Below are positions 63,199-64,000 of a stretch of DNA of 64,000 nucleotides, piece by piece. The DNA comes from an uncultured delta proteobacterium. Its GTDB lineage: Bacteria > Myxococcota > Myxococcia > Myxococcales > Myxococcaceae. Position 1 is the first letter of the stretch, and every line of letters starts with the position of its first letter. The stretch spans positions 224,001 to 288,000 of the forward strand of contig CAVYSY010000032.1 of assembly GCA_963771175.1 (NCBI GenBank), written 5' to 3'. A program made the translations under genes and the position numbers. The notes under the pieces are model-generated. The model was given only the letters and a program-made list of their open reading frames with translations, did not search any database and was not told the DNA's origin.

Positions 63199-63987
63199 GT
63201 GACGACCCGACGTGCCGCACTCGCGCGGCTTCTTCCTCTCGTATTCCTCGGCGTACTCGCCTGCAGCAGCGAGCGCAGCGTCCCGCGCGGCACGCCGACC
63301 TACGGATTCGAGGTCGTCCAGAGCTGGCCGCACGACCCCCAGGCATTCACGCAGGGGCTCGTCTACCGCAACGGGCGGCTCTACGAGGGCACGGGCGTGA
63401 ACGGCAGGTCGAGCCTCCGCGAGGTGGAGCTCGCCACGGGCGCGGTGCTGCGCAGGCACGACCTCCCGGAGCAGTATTTCGGGGAGGGGCTCGCCTTCTT
63501 CGGCGGCAGGCTCTTCCAGCTCACCTGGCGCTCACACGTGGGCTTCATCTACGACGCCGCGACGTTCCAGCCGACGGGACAGTTCAGCTACACCGGCGAG
63601 GGCTGGGGACTCACTGATGACGGCACCTCGCTCATCCTGAGCGATGGCACGAGCACGCTGCGCTTCCTCGAGCCCACCACGTTCGCGGTGCAGCGCATGG
63701 TCAAGGTGACCGACAATGGCCGTGAGGTCTCGCGACTCAACGAGTTGGAGTACGTGAATGGCGAGGTCTACGCCAACGTGTGGATGAAAGACCTCATCGC
63801 ACGGATCGACCCGGCCACGGGGAACGTGAAGGGGTGGATCGACCTCACGGGGCTGCTCGCACCGGATGAGCGGACCGGCGGCGAGGACGTGCTGAACGGG
63901 ATTGCCTATGACGCGGCCAACGACCGGTTGCTCGTCACCGGGAAGCGCTGGCCGAGGCTGTTCCAGATTCGCGTCGTGCCCCGATAG
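63199..63987 (+). CDS. Glutaminyl-peptide cyclotransferase (lipoprotein)
   Basis: VLA|C lipobox, AFTQGL, FGEG, EGWGLT, LNELE, VLNGIAY. Confidence 0.9.
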   Translation: MTTRRAALARLLPLVFLGVLACSSERSVPRGTPTYGFEVVQSWPHDPQAFTQGLVYRNGRLYEGTGVNGRSSLREVELATGAVLRRHDLPEQYFGEGLAFFGGRLFQLTWRSHVGFIYDAATFQPTGQFSYTGEGWGLTDDGTSLILSDGTSTLRFLEPTTFAVQRMVKVTDNGREVSRLNELEYVNGEVYANVWMKDLIARIDPATGNVKGWIDLTGLLAPDERTGGEDVLNGIAYDAANDRLLVTGKRWPRLFQIRVVPR

Positions 63988-64000
63988 AGCCCCACCGCGC

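Overview
High-GC chromosomal segment from a myxobacterium (Cystobacterineae-like; inferred from the Ser/Thr kinase-PEGA, AgmX/GltJ-like, PEGA and lipoprotein toxin families). About 55 genes plus the RNase P RNA. No rRNA, tRNA, CRISPR array or transposase was recognised. Many ordinary genes are split by single-base indels clustered at about 0-5.9, 33.3-37.1, 48.5-49.6 and 58-61.2 kb; these look like assembly or consensus errors, so genes were reconstructed across frames. Main content: (1) an ~18 kb nucleoside uptake and catabolism region (deaminases, two phosphorylases, ABC importer, deoC, phosphohexomutase) flanked by a tandem pair of exported ComEC-type MBL hydrolases, one with degenerate metal ligands, plus DUF3006; (2) two compositionally distinct lipoprotein + partner cassettes resembling myxobacterial polymorphic toxin/immunity pairs; (3) a pspA - binding protein - membrane coiled-coil operon with a tandem-type AAA ATPase further along the same strand; (4) a UshA-like/tetraheme cytochrome fusion; (5) oxyR-catalase-ankyrin with an OxyR box; (6) a short ThrRS lacking the editing domain, preceded by an apparently leaderless Thr-rich peptide and alternative hairpins (a probable attenuator). 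All family assignments come from motif recognition, not database searches.
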